Source: Fimbriosthenelais zetlandica
Taxonomy: Eukaryota
Assembly (NCBI GenBank): GCA_977030845.1
Contig: OZ365110.1
Location: 29,016,001-29,080,000, forward strand
DNA: 64,000 nucleotides
Direction of reading: 5' to 3'
Position numbers and translations under genes: made by a program. The stretch's first letter is position 1. Each line of letters opens with the position of its first letter. This document shows, piece after piece, positions 27,026 through 39,444 of the stretch. Below the pieces are notes generated by a model that did no database searches, was not told where the DNA came from, and saw nothing but the letters and a program-made list of their open reading frames with translations.

Positions 27026-28566
27026 TCCAGTCCCACACTCGCAGCACAAACGACCATAATCCCGCAGCAAGAGCGAATTTCTTTCCCACCTATTAAAACC
27101 CACCACAAAAATCAACCGGTTTCATTTCCCCTTCTCGTCCTCGCATGACACGATCGATCTGGAAAAAGAGCCAACTCCGGCATTTCATAAATAGGAAATC
27201 TCATCGGCTCCATTTCATTCTCCCTCGCTCTCACTCAGGGCATCGACAAACAAGTAGCATAAAGTTTCAACCAATGGTTAAAAAGATTTAGCACTTTCCC
27301 TCCTTCTTCCACAGTGTAACAGGAGCTGTATCATTTCAATAGGTGAAAATGATCTTGTTCTTAATCAATTTGTCTGACACTGATAAAAATCATCATTTAT
27401 CTCATTGAGGCCCATTTCAAATTTATTTAGCAAGTGATATGTTTGCTTATCCCTTTCATTGCCCATGAGCAGTATCAGGACTTTATTATAAAAGCGTATA
27501 TATATATTGTCCCGTAACTGCACACCCACCTAGATCGCCAACCAAAGACTGCTGTTTTAGTGTATAATATGCATGCTGATGGTAGCATATGTCATGCTAT
27601 ATAATGAACTGTACTAAAAGGTCAAAGGTTGATCTTGCGGATTCCTTGACAACTATATAAAAGGGGACATACTTGTTAGTTGCAGTACATTCATAAATTC
27701 AGTTACTTATTCATCAAATACATATATAGCAACTTGTATTGATTATTGCCACAGTATCCATTTGTTAGCAAACTTCCATGACCAGGTAGTCTAAACGATT
27801 TTTTATTATCCATTTCGTATTAATTTTTTTCGGACTTAATAACACTTCTGTAATGTGAACATAATAAGAGTTTTTGGAAGATTTCTGCACACGTTTGAAT
27901 GTGGGTGTCAATTTACATTATGTAATTCATCCCTCTTTCTGTAGAAAGAGATGGCTAATGGACTTAAAACCACTAAAAGACTAAAGAATAAATCCATTTA
28001 TTATCCACACCTAAACACATTTTATGGACTGAACGTCAGTTTTCTGAATGACATTCAGATATTGGATCAGAATCTTGTTTTAAGACCGATTGAGCCGAGC
28101 CTGGATATGTAGTTTTTGCTGTAGTTTAAATCAACACTTTATGATACTGATGTTCCCCTTTCACCAATGAAACTGATTACTGGTGATCTTTCTGATTGAA
28201 TTGGGTGTATTCTCCCCCAAAAATACTTGGCGAAAATGAGAAACTGGGTATTATTTTCTAAAATTAATAATCAGACACGTCTGTGGCCATTTATGGGGTA
28301 TCCTTATTATGGTTGTAATGTGTATGTTACACTAAATTAGGTAGCCGAAAAGATACTACATTGTATATTCGTGCAACCAAAATTTCCTTCGGCTTGGCCA
28401 TACCAATTTTTGAATGCGAATCCCTAGAGCGCCTCAAAGGGTTAGCAGATGAGAATGTTCCAGATTTCCTTGTTTATTTTTATCATTCAATTCAAATTAA
28501 TTCTTTTGCATGTCATTAAATGTTCTTTGTAGACATAAACTTCAATGATGTCTTTTTTATTTCCAG

Positions 28567-28614
28567 AATCGGCCGACGGTTCCTTTTTCCCATCGGATGG
28601 GAATTTCCCATATG
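28567..28614 (+). CDS. Gene 1 exon 5: 48-nt juxtamembrane stalk mini-exon (ESADGSFFPSDGNFPY)
   Basis: Acceptor tttttatttccag and donor TATG|gtaagt are both strong. Phase 1-1, open frame, GC-richer than its flanks. Confidence 0.8.
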
Positions 28615-29586
28615 GTAAGTGAAATGGCATATGCCTTTGTCTTATAGAAACACATAAGGGAAGCTTTCTATCACTTTGTCATACATGTTGGAATTACATT
28701 TGTGCTGCACAAAGTAGTCCCCAAAGCAATTCAACAAAAACCCTCATATTTCCTTCTCAGGGCAGCAAAATGTCCATGTGGCAATACGACATTGATACCT
28801 ATCATAACAGTGGAAAACAGGAAATATTATATTTCTTGGATATATAGGACATCCTTTCTTTTTATTCAAATACATGTATTGCATTTGTGTTGCAATACTT
28901 GGTAGTATTTATAATATCTAATTTAAAATTGGTTACAATCAAGGATCTGGGGCCAATTTTTTATGGTTTGAGTTTGGAGAATTTATTAGGATGTCTCTCC
29001 ATAAAAAAGAATTATCCGGTCCACTTCACAGTAAATATAGCTGAAAACCAATATCCTGGGAGCGATACAATTCAGGTCTAGTATCAAGCAAGATTAACTA
29101 TTCTCATTAGATAGGAGATAGACTGAGGTCTGGTGCTTAGTCTAACCCTCGAACCTTTCAACATCACCCTATACGGTTTTACAAATGACAGTCATATGTC
29201 GTCCAGTAGTTTTAATAAAACCTAAGTTACTTTACGTTAATGACCGTTGTCCTGATAACAAACCGAAACTTTGTTCATAATATAACGTTACTCCTCACAA
29301 AAGATGATCCTGATGCAAATAAATGCATTAACCAGGAGGCCCACATCAACCAAATGATAGAAATTCTGTAAAATCACCCAATGATTTAAGAAATCCATCA
29401 AATTGTCTGATATAGACACTATTGCCTTTTAAAATATCAAGACTTAGCATCTAATGATATGTCGCCGCAGAGTAAGAGATTCATGAGTCAGCCATCTTTA
29501 GCAAGTACATGTATGATGTCACAGGATATCACGTGTTGTTGGTTAGCCAACCAGAATGAGGAAGGGGTTGGGCATTGCAATTGTTA

Positions 29587-29600
29587 CACCCAGGGGGCGC
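29587..29600 (+). promoter_or_regulatory. CTCF-like motif (intron 5)
   Basis: CACCCAGGGGGCGC, 12/14 to CCACCAGGGGGCGC. Confidence 0.3.
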
Positions 29601-31134
29601 CACTGAGCCGATATTGGAATGTTAGGTGGTAACCCCTGTGAAGAAAAATTGCAAAGCACCAATCCTTTCCTTTTTCAGATTGGCTTACCTAGGAAAATAA
29701 CTTTATAACCGGTGTTTCCCTTTAATAACAATAGCATTTCAAATCCATATTCTGTATCTATTTCCAAGCATTATATTTGCTATAACAGACTGCTATCATT
29801 AATGAATGTCCTCTAAGACCCTTTTCGAACATACAAATGTTTTTATGGAATATTTTATCAGTGCCATACTTAAATCTAGTAAAGTAATTCAAAACTGAGG
29901 ATTAAGACCTTCTCCTTTCAATGAGGGCTGCGTGCTAAGAATGTGAGCTAGTCCTTCTCTCTGTCTCATCTTACTTCTCTCTCTCTCAATGAGATTGAAG
30001 CTTTCTAAGGAAAAACATAATACAGTTTTCTCTATATAGAATTCTTTGTATTAGTGATAGATTTAAAAAAAAACTCTATTAGATACACTGAAAGGATCGT
30101 TCTAGAAACGGTACTAAGTTTGATGAAAAGCAAGGGGATTTCTATAGGAGATCATTTTACATTTACTGTAAGAGGGAACAAAACCAACAGCCTGAACCAA
30201 CCAACCACACTAGCTTTCTCTCATACATTTAGCTGTTTCTAATATAGTTTTTCTTAGACTGTATCTTGGTAAGAAACATAGGCCTATCCCATGGGAAACA
30301 CTGATTGCCCTTTACGCTAGCTTCCAAACAACAACATCCCTTCTATCTTCTCATAATATATTCATTTTCTCAACTCAACTCAGTCAATCCATATACCCAT
30401 CCAAATCCAGTTTTAAAAAACCTCACCATCAGAATCCACCTACAACCGCCGCACACCCCAACACTCCACTCCCAGAGTTTTCATTCTTCATACGGTCCAT
30501 CAATTCACAAATTTTCTTAACAAATCTCTGACTCAGGCCACAGGCAATCAGTGGGTGAGTGTTGGTTTTAATCCTGCATGGCGGGCTTGAAAATAATGGT
30601 GTTAGTCGGGATAATGATGTCTTTCTAATGGCTGGCTGTGCAAACGGCGACCATTGCGCAATCTGACAAGTTGTCAGGCCAGGGACTAGCTCTGTCACCG
30701 ATCATACCATTCACGGGCTGTCGTGACTGGGGATAATCACGCTTTTCAATAGCAATATCTGTCAGCAGATAGCAGGCTCCCCAGGCAGGCCCCATTCTAT
30801 GGCTACTCTTTTCTCCTTGCCTGAGCTGCCCATTAAAAACAAATTGGTGAAAATAAGTAAAATCTGTAGCCCTAATCTCTTCCTGGGGGTGCCTTTTTAG
30901 ATTTGTGCTTCTACACTAAGGTTGGATTAAATCAAGCTTAGCAGGGATCCAAGGACAGATTTTAAAAAAATAGAACATCAAATGGAATGTCAGCCTCAGT
31001 GACAGCCAAGGAGCTGAAGATAACTTATTATGACAACAATCAATAATAATCACTTCATATACTTTGAAAAGTGAAAATATAAATAATTGCATTGGCTGCT
31101 ATTTACTGATGTATTATTATTCTACTCGTTCCAG

Positions 31135-31222
31135 GTATTCTTATTGTGGTTGCCATAGGGGTGGCTCTTGGTGTTTTCTTTGGTGGAATACTCCTGACTC
31201 TAGCTTCACTTTATATGAAAAG
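31135..31222 (+). CDS. Gene 1 exon 6: transmembrane helix (GILIVVAIGVALGVFFGGILLTLASLYMKR)
   Basis: Acceptor tctactcgttccag, donor AAAAG|gtaagc (phase 2). About 25 hydrophobic residues followed by a basic stop-transfer KR/KRK. Confidence 0.92.
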
Positions 31223-31254
31223 GTAAGCAGCTTTCATCTTCAGTTCTATTTCAC

Positions 31255-31267
31255 TGCCATCTAGTGG
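31255..31267 (-). promoter_or_regulatory. CTCF-like motif (intron 6)
   Basis: TGCCATCTAGTGG, which reads CCACTAGATGGCA on the minus strand and fits the CCRSYAGRKGGCR core fully. Confidence 0.5.
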
Positions 31268-31478
31268 CGATGAGTGGGACTAATTGATATGTGTTCTACG
31301 CAGGCTCAGACAAGTCACCGTACGTGTAAACAAAGTTATGCTAAAATACTGTAAATTTTATATCCAATTATCAATTTTATGTCTACTACTGCATGCATTT
31401 CTGTCCGAAATAAAGTATTGAATTGAATTGAATACATTCCATGAGACGTGAATTAACTAAACACCTCTCATTATTCAG

Positions 31479-31797
31479 GAAAAGGAAGGATGAAGGAACA
31501 CCTCCAGTTGGGCCAGATGACGAAAGGATTTACAATTTTAATGAAGCTGACAAGCGTCTTGGTGTCGGCCCCAATATCGGGCAAGACCCAAGAATGCCAC
31601 ATGGTACCCTCCCCCACGGTACAGGGCAGGACCGCCTTATGATGGAGGCCCAGGTGAAGGACTACCTGGCCGAGCAGCCCTACCAGCAATATGGATACAC
31701 TGAAACTGGAGACCCGAGTTATAAAGGCATGACTACCGGGTCATCAGCTCACATCTATGAGAGCCCAAAGTTTGGCCGTAAGTTTCATAACGTCTGA
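31479..31797 (+). CDS. Gene 1 exon 7: cytoplasmic tail to stop codon
   Basis: Acceptor ctctcattattcag; AG+G restores Arg. Reads KRKDEGTPPVGPDDERIYNF...SSAHIYESPKFGRKFHNV* (3' part of ORF 31441..31797), TGA at 31795-31797. Confidence 0.9.
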
Positions 31798-32389
31798 GGA
31801 AATGGTGAATATCTAGGAAAAGTCTGTTTAAATTCAGCGGAAGGTTATGCACGTACAAGAGTTGCATACGCAAGTGTTACTCTAAATTGTAATAGAAAAT
31901 AATTGCGATGTATGTAAGGATAAATTGCACAATTTGGATGTACACAGATGTGTATGGTATGTATAAATGTATATATGTATAAGAAAGGAAATGAGATAAT
32001 TGAAATGACTGTGTCATAAGAGGCGGATGGAATTAAAGAAAACAGATGTAGTGTAATTGCTCAAGACTGTGATAAAACAGGTGGAACCGGCGGAAGTGGC
32101 GGTGAAGGGAATATTGAAGTGCTACTTATCTTATTAAAGTAAAATTCTTGGTACAAATACAATTTGATCATGTTGTCTTGTTGGATGTTGGATGTCGTAC
32201 CAAGGACATTGGATATTTCCCCAGTGAAACAAAAGTTGGTATGCCTAATACCAACAACTTATGAAGTAGCATTGAGGTATGTGGGAAAACATTGTTCCTT
32301 TAAGGGCCTGGATTTGGGGGGAAATTCTCTTGCCAATTAGATGTAGTGTATACCTGGTAAATTATTTTTGTTTTCACTGATTATAAAGA

Positions 32390-32395
32390 AATAAA
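32390..32395 (+). terminator. Candidate polyadenylation signal for gene 1
   Basis: First AATAAA I found after the stop, about 590 nt downstream. ATTAAA variants occur earlier and another AATAAA lies at 33679, so the site used is uncertain. Confidence 0.3.
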
Positions 32396-35300
32396 TTAAT
32401 ATATCGGCTACCCGGCTACTAAAAGATAATAACGAAATGTCTTATTCATTAGAACATTGAGCCTATACTCACCAGAAACTCTGGCTGTACAACCCCAACT
32501 CCTTATCCAGTCCAAAGGGTGGTCGCAAAGACCTCACTGTATTTTCTCATGTTCTGGAACCAAATACAAATGTATACAAATTATTTAAGTGTCAAAGATA
32601 AAATTATAAATCTATTCATTTCACTGTGAATGCTGAACATAAAGGAAAACAGAGTAACCGTTTTAAAATGAATTGATACGAAAGATAAGCAGGGTGTATT
32701 TTACAAGGAATTTACCCATGAGTATTACAATTTCTAGTACCCTCCAAAGAAAGCCAACTGGTGCTATTAGATTTATATCAATAACACTAGGATTTAATAA
32801 CGTTATGTTATAACAGTCACACGTTGCAACTGCTTGATAACATTTTCATCCCAATAGTTGACCAGGTATGTTCTTCTGCATTTTCAAGTCTATAATTTTA
32901 GGTGGTTTAGTTCTTGTTAAATTCACCCTGCTTTTTTCTGCCACATCATGCCCCATCCCAAAATAATAAAGGCAGTCTCATATTGAGGAAGTTAGTAACA
33001 TTCAAAATTTTAGTTATGTCGTTACTGACACCTCTTCACATCATATTATGTAAATGTGTGGCTTATGTAAAAAGATGCCTGATACGAATTTGGTATATTT
33101 TTTACGTTTCCCGGTGCATAGCATCTGGCAAAAGATCGACTGATGTTTGAAAGGCATAAGAGAGGTCTATTACTTGAGATTATTCCCCATCTTATGCTCT
33201 CAGAAATCGGCAGATCTAGAGCCTGTTTGGGATATTGTTATAATAACACTAAGATGTAAGAATTGTACAAAGTACTAATCCAATGATATTCTAACCAAAT
33301 ATGGACATAAAATGTTGGAAAGACTATATAATTATATACGTGTGAGAATCGTGTATGAATATCGACTATAACCACTGCATTATTTTTGTGGGAAAGAGCT
33401 AACTTATAATTACGCTGTACATAAACATTTCTGCACATTCTTCTTTGGCTTGTTGACAAGCAGTGTACTAACATTTGTTTCTGGAAAGGAAATTGAATTG
33501 CTTGCGGAATGTTCGTTCACTTTATTTATGAAAAAGAATCAATAGTTGGGTCGGTGTTGAATGTTATTGTACAAAGACATGTAAAGAAGGGATGCTTTTT
33601 CCACTTGGACCATGCCAAAGAGCTTTTTTTCGTGATTTGGAGTGGTTTCTGGTAAAGAAATGTGTGAATAAGAATTGAAATAAAATGAGTAAAAAGAAAC
33701 AGGATTCGTGTTATTCATTCTGTAGGGCAATACCCGTTTCAGAAACCATCTTCTTAACATAGTGATTATGTTATGTTCTCGATAAGATAATGATGAGCTA
33801 GTTTGCCATAAATATTTTCTGCCACTATCTTCAACTTGAGCTGAACACCATCCTTGGTTTCCCAATCAACTGTAGGGTGTCGCCAGCTGCACAGCATTCT
33901 TATTAATATTAAGACCTGATTTTGAAAAGGTCAATGGGACCATGCAATGAGGTAACACTTCTAAAGCAAAGGATGCAAGAAAACAATTAGCTTATAAAAT
34001 TATCATATTAGTGGGAATTGGGCCTGTGGCAGTATAAAAACATTAATTTGTGATTAGAAGCTCAATATGACGTCATAGTAGAGTGAGTAGTATAGCAAAA
34101 TTACTGTTGGGTTCAGGTAAGTCTAGCGAGAGGGCGCCACGGTAATGCAGTAGGCGCCCCAGTGGGGTTTCTCTAATTCAGACATGGCCAAGTTTGTACC
34201 ATGAACACCAGGCAGAGACACTGTGCATGGTGGCCTAGGACAGTTTCTAAGCGTGTTCCAGGGATCTATTATCTTGTGTTCTTATGTTGAAGCCAAACAA
34301 CAGAGCTCCTTAAATATATTCAGAACTTGTAAGTATAATACAAGCAGGCTTATTAAGCCAAGCCAGGGGATGGTTAATCTTATTAACAACGAACAGGCTC
34401 TACCTTAGTCAATACTCAAATCAATACAAGACCAGGCCGCCTATACTATAGTATTTTGAGTGAAGTATGCTGAAAACGTATTGATTGAGAAATAAGTTTA
34501 GGAAAACTGTATGGTTCTCAGAAAACGTGTTTACAACGTGAGGATGAACCATTATAGTCGTGAGTTTAAGAGCAGTACACATGCCGGGATCCAGGGTAAG
34601 CTCAGGTCCCATTTTTTGTTAAGGAGTCCAGTTTTTCTTATTTCTGTAACCAAACACACCACCTGCACCATAACACTTAAAAAAAACTCTCAGATTTTTC
34701 GCAGAAAATGGGAGAATCCGAGCTTTACGGGTTATGTTTCTTCCTTAATTGTTGGTTTAGTCACAGCATGAGTCTTGTCATTATGCCATCTTTGATTTGG
34801 TTACCGTCTTGTTAAAGATTTCAATGCCTCAATTAAAATACGAGAAGGGGGCAATTAAATTCAGGAACACGGAGGAGCTACAATGGAAACATTGAGGCGT
34901 CAGTGGCCTTCTCACCCCCGCAAGTAATATGAATCCTGCCCCGTCTGTTTTTTCAATGCTGGAGGATACAAGATTGGGGGTTTAGAGGGCCTGTGAACGC
35001 GTTATTTCTGACTGTAATGCTAGGAATCGTAACCAATTTTGTCCAGTGTGTGCCCATATGGTAATTGATCCAATGATGGTAAGCAAAACCAATGCCCTAA
35101 TATGTCGAAAGCCTAACATTTCACACTAAACTTATTATATTGGAGTTGATTTGGGAGAACAAAAAAGAGATGGAGTCTATCTCCATGAGATCCTGCCCAT
35201 ACGACCATTTCTGACTCCGTTACAGCATCATCTGCCATTCTGATGATAATCACAAACATTCTATAAAAAAAGTTGAGTTGTTTTCCATGAAAATGAGGAG

Positions 35301-35499
35301 GAATTCTAATGGAAATCCCATGTAATGCCATCCAGAGCTTAAATTCATTTAGTATTTTTGAATTTGCAACATAGTCTGCGTATAAATTTACATGACTGAG
35401 ATAACGACCAATTTTGGGCCAGCAATGGACTTATCAAGTAGTCTAATTGAACAGCATATGAATTGCCTGTTATCGAGAAGGTGCCATCATATTGCTCCC

Positions 35500-35770
35500 C
35501 GACTGGAATCATTATTTCTCTCCTTCATTCTATCAATCAGCTCTTTTTTGGCTCTTTCTCAATTACTCCTCTCGTTTTCTTCTTTATTCCCCTTCCTTTG
35601 CTCCCCCTCTTTCTGCATCTACTGTCCACATCGTGAGTCTCTTATTTGTCTCTCCCCTAGCCAACACATTACCATCCTCTGGCTCCCGATCTACTTTTTG
35701 TGTTCTTTCACATTTTCGTTTTGTTATGTTTTGTTTCGTTTTGAAACAAGCTTCCTTTCACTTTCACTAC
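35500..35770 (+). repeat. Pyrimidine (CT)-rich low-complexity tract
   Basis: Strong C/T bias; explains the Phe/Leu/Ser-rich ORFs 35392..35787 and 35492..35791. Confidence 0.6.
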
Positions 35771-36999
35771 CTGGGAGGCAGCCATAAATAGCTTATACCC
35801 AGCAGGACGCCTTGTTTCCTAGCTGCCCATCCATACAATTTAAGAGAGAAAGAACACGGATGTATCTCGAGTTGCATCATGTTTTTTCTCCTTTAAGATA
35901 TCATGTGTTCCTATTTGTAATATCCTTCTCTTTTAAGCTTGCAATACCTGAATAAATTAGATGTAACAAAAAAAAATTTAAATTTCTACCCGCTGTGCAG
36001 AACTTAAGAGAATTTATAATATAAAAATCTTCACAGAGATGTACACAGAGTTCTGTTGAGAGGGAGCCTCCATATAATGTACAGAGAGGGGATTGGTTCG
36101 GGATTGACCGCTCTTCCTAAAAGAAATCCTACATAGAAGTAACCAAGCCCACCGTATTAGCTTCAGAGCTGAATTTATGAAACAAGGGGCAGTAGTGAAA
36201 ATAGACTGTGGAAAGCATGGTGGGCAATTCCAGGAAAGATTCTGATTTACACAAAAGCCCAACGGCAATGAGTGCAACGGGCATGAAATGAGATCTGGTG
36301 GGGAATTACGGGCACAAAAACCATTTGAAATGCGTATATTATGTTTCAAAAATCAAATTAGAATCTCTGAAAAGAAATCTAAGACAGATGAAATCGATGA
36401 ATTTCAGAAGCCGAAAAGAAAGAAAGTGGACCATAAATGCAGAAAATTATGGTGATACTGATACCCGAAAGTTGAGGAAGACAAATAATTGTTTCTCCAA
36501 TGAATGGATGACTCTACAGTTCACCTATTCGTTACCTCATTCTAGGTTTCTACAACTGTTTTCCGCTAGAAGACAGAAGTAAGTGGACTGCATGTCTTAT
36601 TCGCTTTCTAGGGACATGTATCTGCCCTGGCTTGCTGCAACAATCCTAAGAGTAGCTCACAAAGCTGGCGAGTCCTAGCGACCAAACATTCCCTGTCACG
36701 AACCCCTTGGTTCTAGAAAATAAGCCATCCATTTAGCCTGGCAGTGTCTACTCATATAGCTTTAAACTAGCAAGCTCTTATAACACCGGCAACTGGGGAC
36801 CCTATGTATACATATCCGTTTTGTTTACAACAAAACCATAATACATTACAGTGTATTCAAAAATACATCTGGGAAAAAATCCATATTTGGTGATATGAAA
36901 ATAGAACAATTCCCTTGTCTAATTATCAAGAACCTTATCAATAACCTGTTTACATTATGTCATGGAATAAATGTTGTTGTTATAAATGACAAATCTCTA

Positions 37000-37270
37000 T
37001 ATGACCTTTGAGCTGATGTCAACTGCGACACCTTCGTCCTCAAAAGCAACGACCTGGGAAAACAAAGCCCTTCGACCCATGCCCCCTGAACATGCGATCC
37101 AAGTCCAGATGTTATGACCTAGGATGACCTCATCGCCCAATACTATTGACACAAAGGGCACCTTGGGGACCAGGACCTTGGTCCTGGTCAATGACCTTGG
37201 GGTCATGACAGAGGTTAACAAAGGGCATGTTGGACCAGTTATGGTTACATGGGAGGCAGATGACCCTCTG
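37000..37270. repeat. TGACC/GGTCA-rich interspersed repeat, copy A
   Basis: Many TGACC/GGTCA words; perfect inverted repeat GACCAGGACC-TT-GGTCCTGGTC (37168-37189); shares acctagg..atgacctca with copy B in the opposite orientation. Confidence 0.45.
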
Positions 37271-39430
37271 TAGCTTTCCCCAGATGATATAAACAAGTGA
37301 GTGATTGTCCTTGGGCCCACATTATACAAGTTTCTGTAATACATCACTTCCCACACTGCTGACAGCATAATCTTGATCGACCAAGTGGAACTGACGCGGG
37401 CTGGCTCCATGGAGAATTATCATATTCCAGCCGGGGGCCATGAAGCTTCTGTTCCGATTTATACTCGTGCCCCCGTTGCATATCGGCTGGGGAGCCCCCA
37501 AGCTTTGTAATGGGTGCAAATGTATGTAAATTTAAGCAGTTAATATAGCTAAAGCCCTCTTCTGGTCGGAAATTCTCCATGATATTCCTGTGTCTTTTTC
37601 ATGTCTTTTACAAGTACATCTCTTACAGAACTGATCAATCCACTCAGTTACTGATGTCAGTTAACTATCCTCACAAACTCACGTTAAACGGCCAAAGGAT
37701 TTATTTATTTTTCATCTATCCTGCAGTCTGTTCCTAAAGTAGAGACAGCCCAACCACTCTGAATTCTTGGATGATCCAAAATCTGGCAAATCAACCATGA
37801 TTAACAGCAAAAATCGCACAGGCCAACTTCAAAGGCCTTTCTGCTAAGTGGTAATATGAATGACCGTTTGAGTATCGATTGCTACAAATGTAAGTTAGGT
37901 AGGAAACGATTGCGTTTAATCGCCCTGGCGACTCTTGTTCATTTCCGAGATGGGATTCTAAGATTAAAACTAGCCTTGGAGGGGATATATTACCCAACAT
38001 TGATACTCCCGGGTCTCTAGGAACCATTTACAAATTGCTCCATACTGATATACTATGGATTTTGAGCTCTATAGAATGAGTCTGGTAACCATAACAATCG
38101 ACCATTGTGAAGAGTGGAGTTAAACCATCAGCTGATCAGGCCATTGGGTATAGGCTAAGGTATTGTACAATTCCATTATTGCAGGCCCATTGCAGACTCG
38201 AATTTGAATCACGTTAAACAAATATATGCAATTTCCGAGCATTTTCTTTCACAAAATCCAAACAACTTGACGCTACCAGTACGTGCTGACAGCATAATGT
38301 CTATGTACAATGTCCTAGGTCCTATATTCATGTTGGGCCACGGAAAATTAGTTTAAATGGGAGACGGATGACTGAGGTTGCTTGATATCTCATTTGTCAA
38401 GATCCTGCTACCCGATAGGAGCTGATCGGTACCTACACCCAAGAAGGATGTTATAACTTATCAGCTGGTTATTTTTATCTTGTTTTCCCCCCAGCAAAAT
38501 AGCCTCAACAGTATTATATATTCTTCCGCTTGGAAGATTTGCACTATCACCAAAACATTGCCTTCATCTTGATTCAATATGTTGTTCAATACGTTTTTCT
38601 TTCACTCTTTTCACTAGTCTGCCAAATCTTATAATTAGGCCTATCTCCTATAATTTCTAAGACTATTTGTTCGTTCCGATAATAAAACCAAATACTAAAG
38701 GACAAGAATGCACAAGACATTTCAATGTAATTTATCTATGCAATGAAATATAGGGGACTTTAAAATTAATTAATATGCCGAGTGACAATGTTCAGACATA
38801 CTTGACTACTCCTAAGGCCTGTTTGAAACATTTTACTAGATACATGTATGAATTTCATTGTAATTCCCTTCATCTCCAATTTTCAGAGCATTCTATTTGA
38901 ATGATAGCTGCAGCACTGAGTGGCCATGTTACTATAGAGAGCTAGGAGGCAGGAGATGATTATCTTCAATTTTCATCATCATAGTTTTCCATGCAAGGCT
39001 TGTCCTACCCTGAAGCTGGGCAACAAAAAAAATCATAGTTTACTGCTGTGAGTGATCTGAAAAAATGCCCTTTTTGCCGGAGCCGTCTCTTAAAGAGAGG
39101 GAAATTTAGCCGCAGGCTAAGCTTTTATGACAAATGCAGACTCAAATGACATTGGCATTTGCGCTAATGTGATTTGATAGATATCATCGAGATCCAAAGC
39201 TTGCCTGATACGTTCCACTAGGTGCTTAAACATATAATCGAGCAAGGTATGCACTGAATACTAATAGAGCATATTGGCAATGCATGAATAAAGAGCTATT
39301 TCATTACTGTAACAGACCATTGAGCTATAATATGGAACATACTGGAAATTGCACTGGCCTAAAGCAACCTAGTTCAACCATGGGAATATCGGCTTCAGAC
39401 ATAAGCATAATTCTGTTCCAAATAGTATTT

Positions 39431-39444
39431 CCCCCCCCCCCCCC
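39431..39444 (+). repeat. Poly-C tract (14 C)
   Basis: Read directly. Confidence 0.9.

Larger units (their letters stand above)
688..31797 (+). other. Gene 1 span (7 coding exons, 487 aa): SUEL/RBL-fold + CUB + sushi-like single-pass membrane receptor
   Basis: Manual splicing gives one uninterrupted frame: 157+282+417+153+48+88+319 = 1464 nt. All 6 introns are GT..AG (12293, 7302, 3108, 4167, 2520 and 256 nt) with matching phases 1,1,1,1,1,2. Confidence 0.9.

Noticed and set aside
30634-30666. GCAN-encoding stretch resembling the start of exon 4 (possible duplicate sushi exon)
   Set aside because: No acceptor AG upstream and an in-frame TGA after 10 codons.
36997-37410. 137-aa minus-strand ORF
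   Set aside because: It lies over the TGACC-rich repeat and has no protein family motif.
37357-38298. Exact 15-bp direct repeat TGCTGACAGCATAAT at 37357 and 38284
   Set aside because: A couple of 15-mer matches are expected by chance in 64 kb, and the flanks do not extend.
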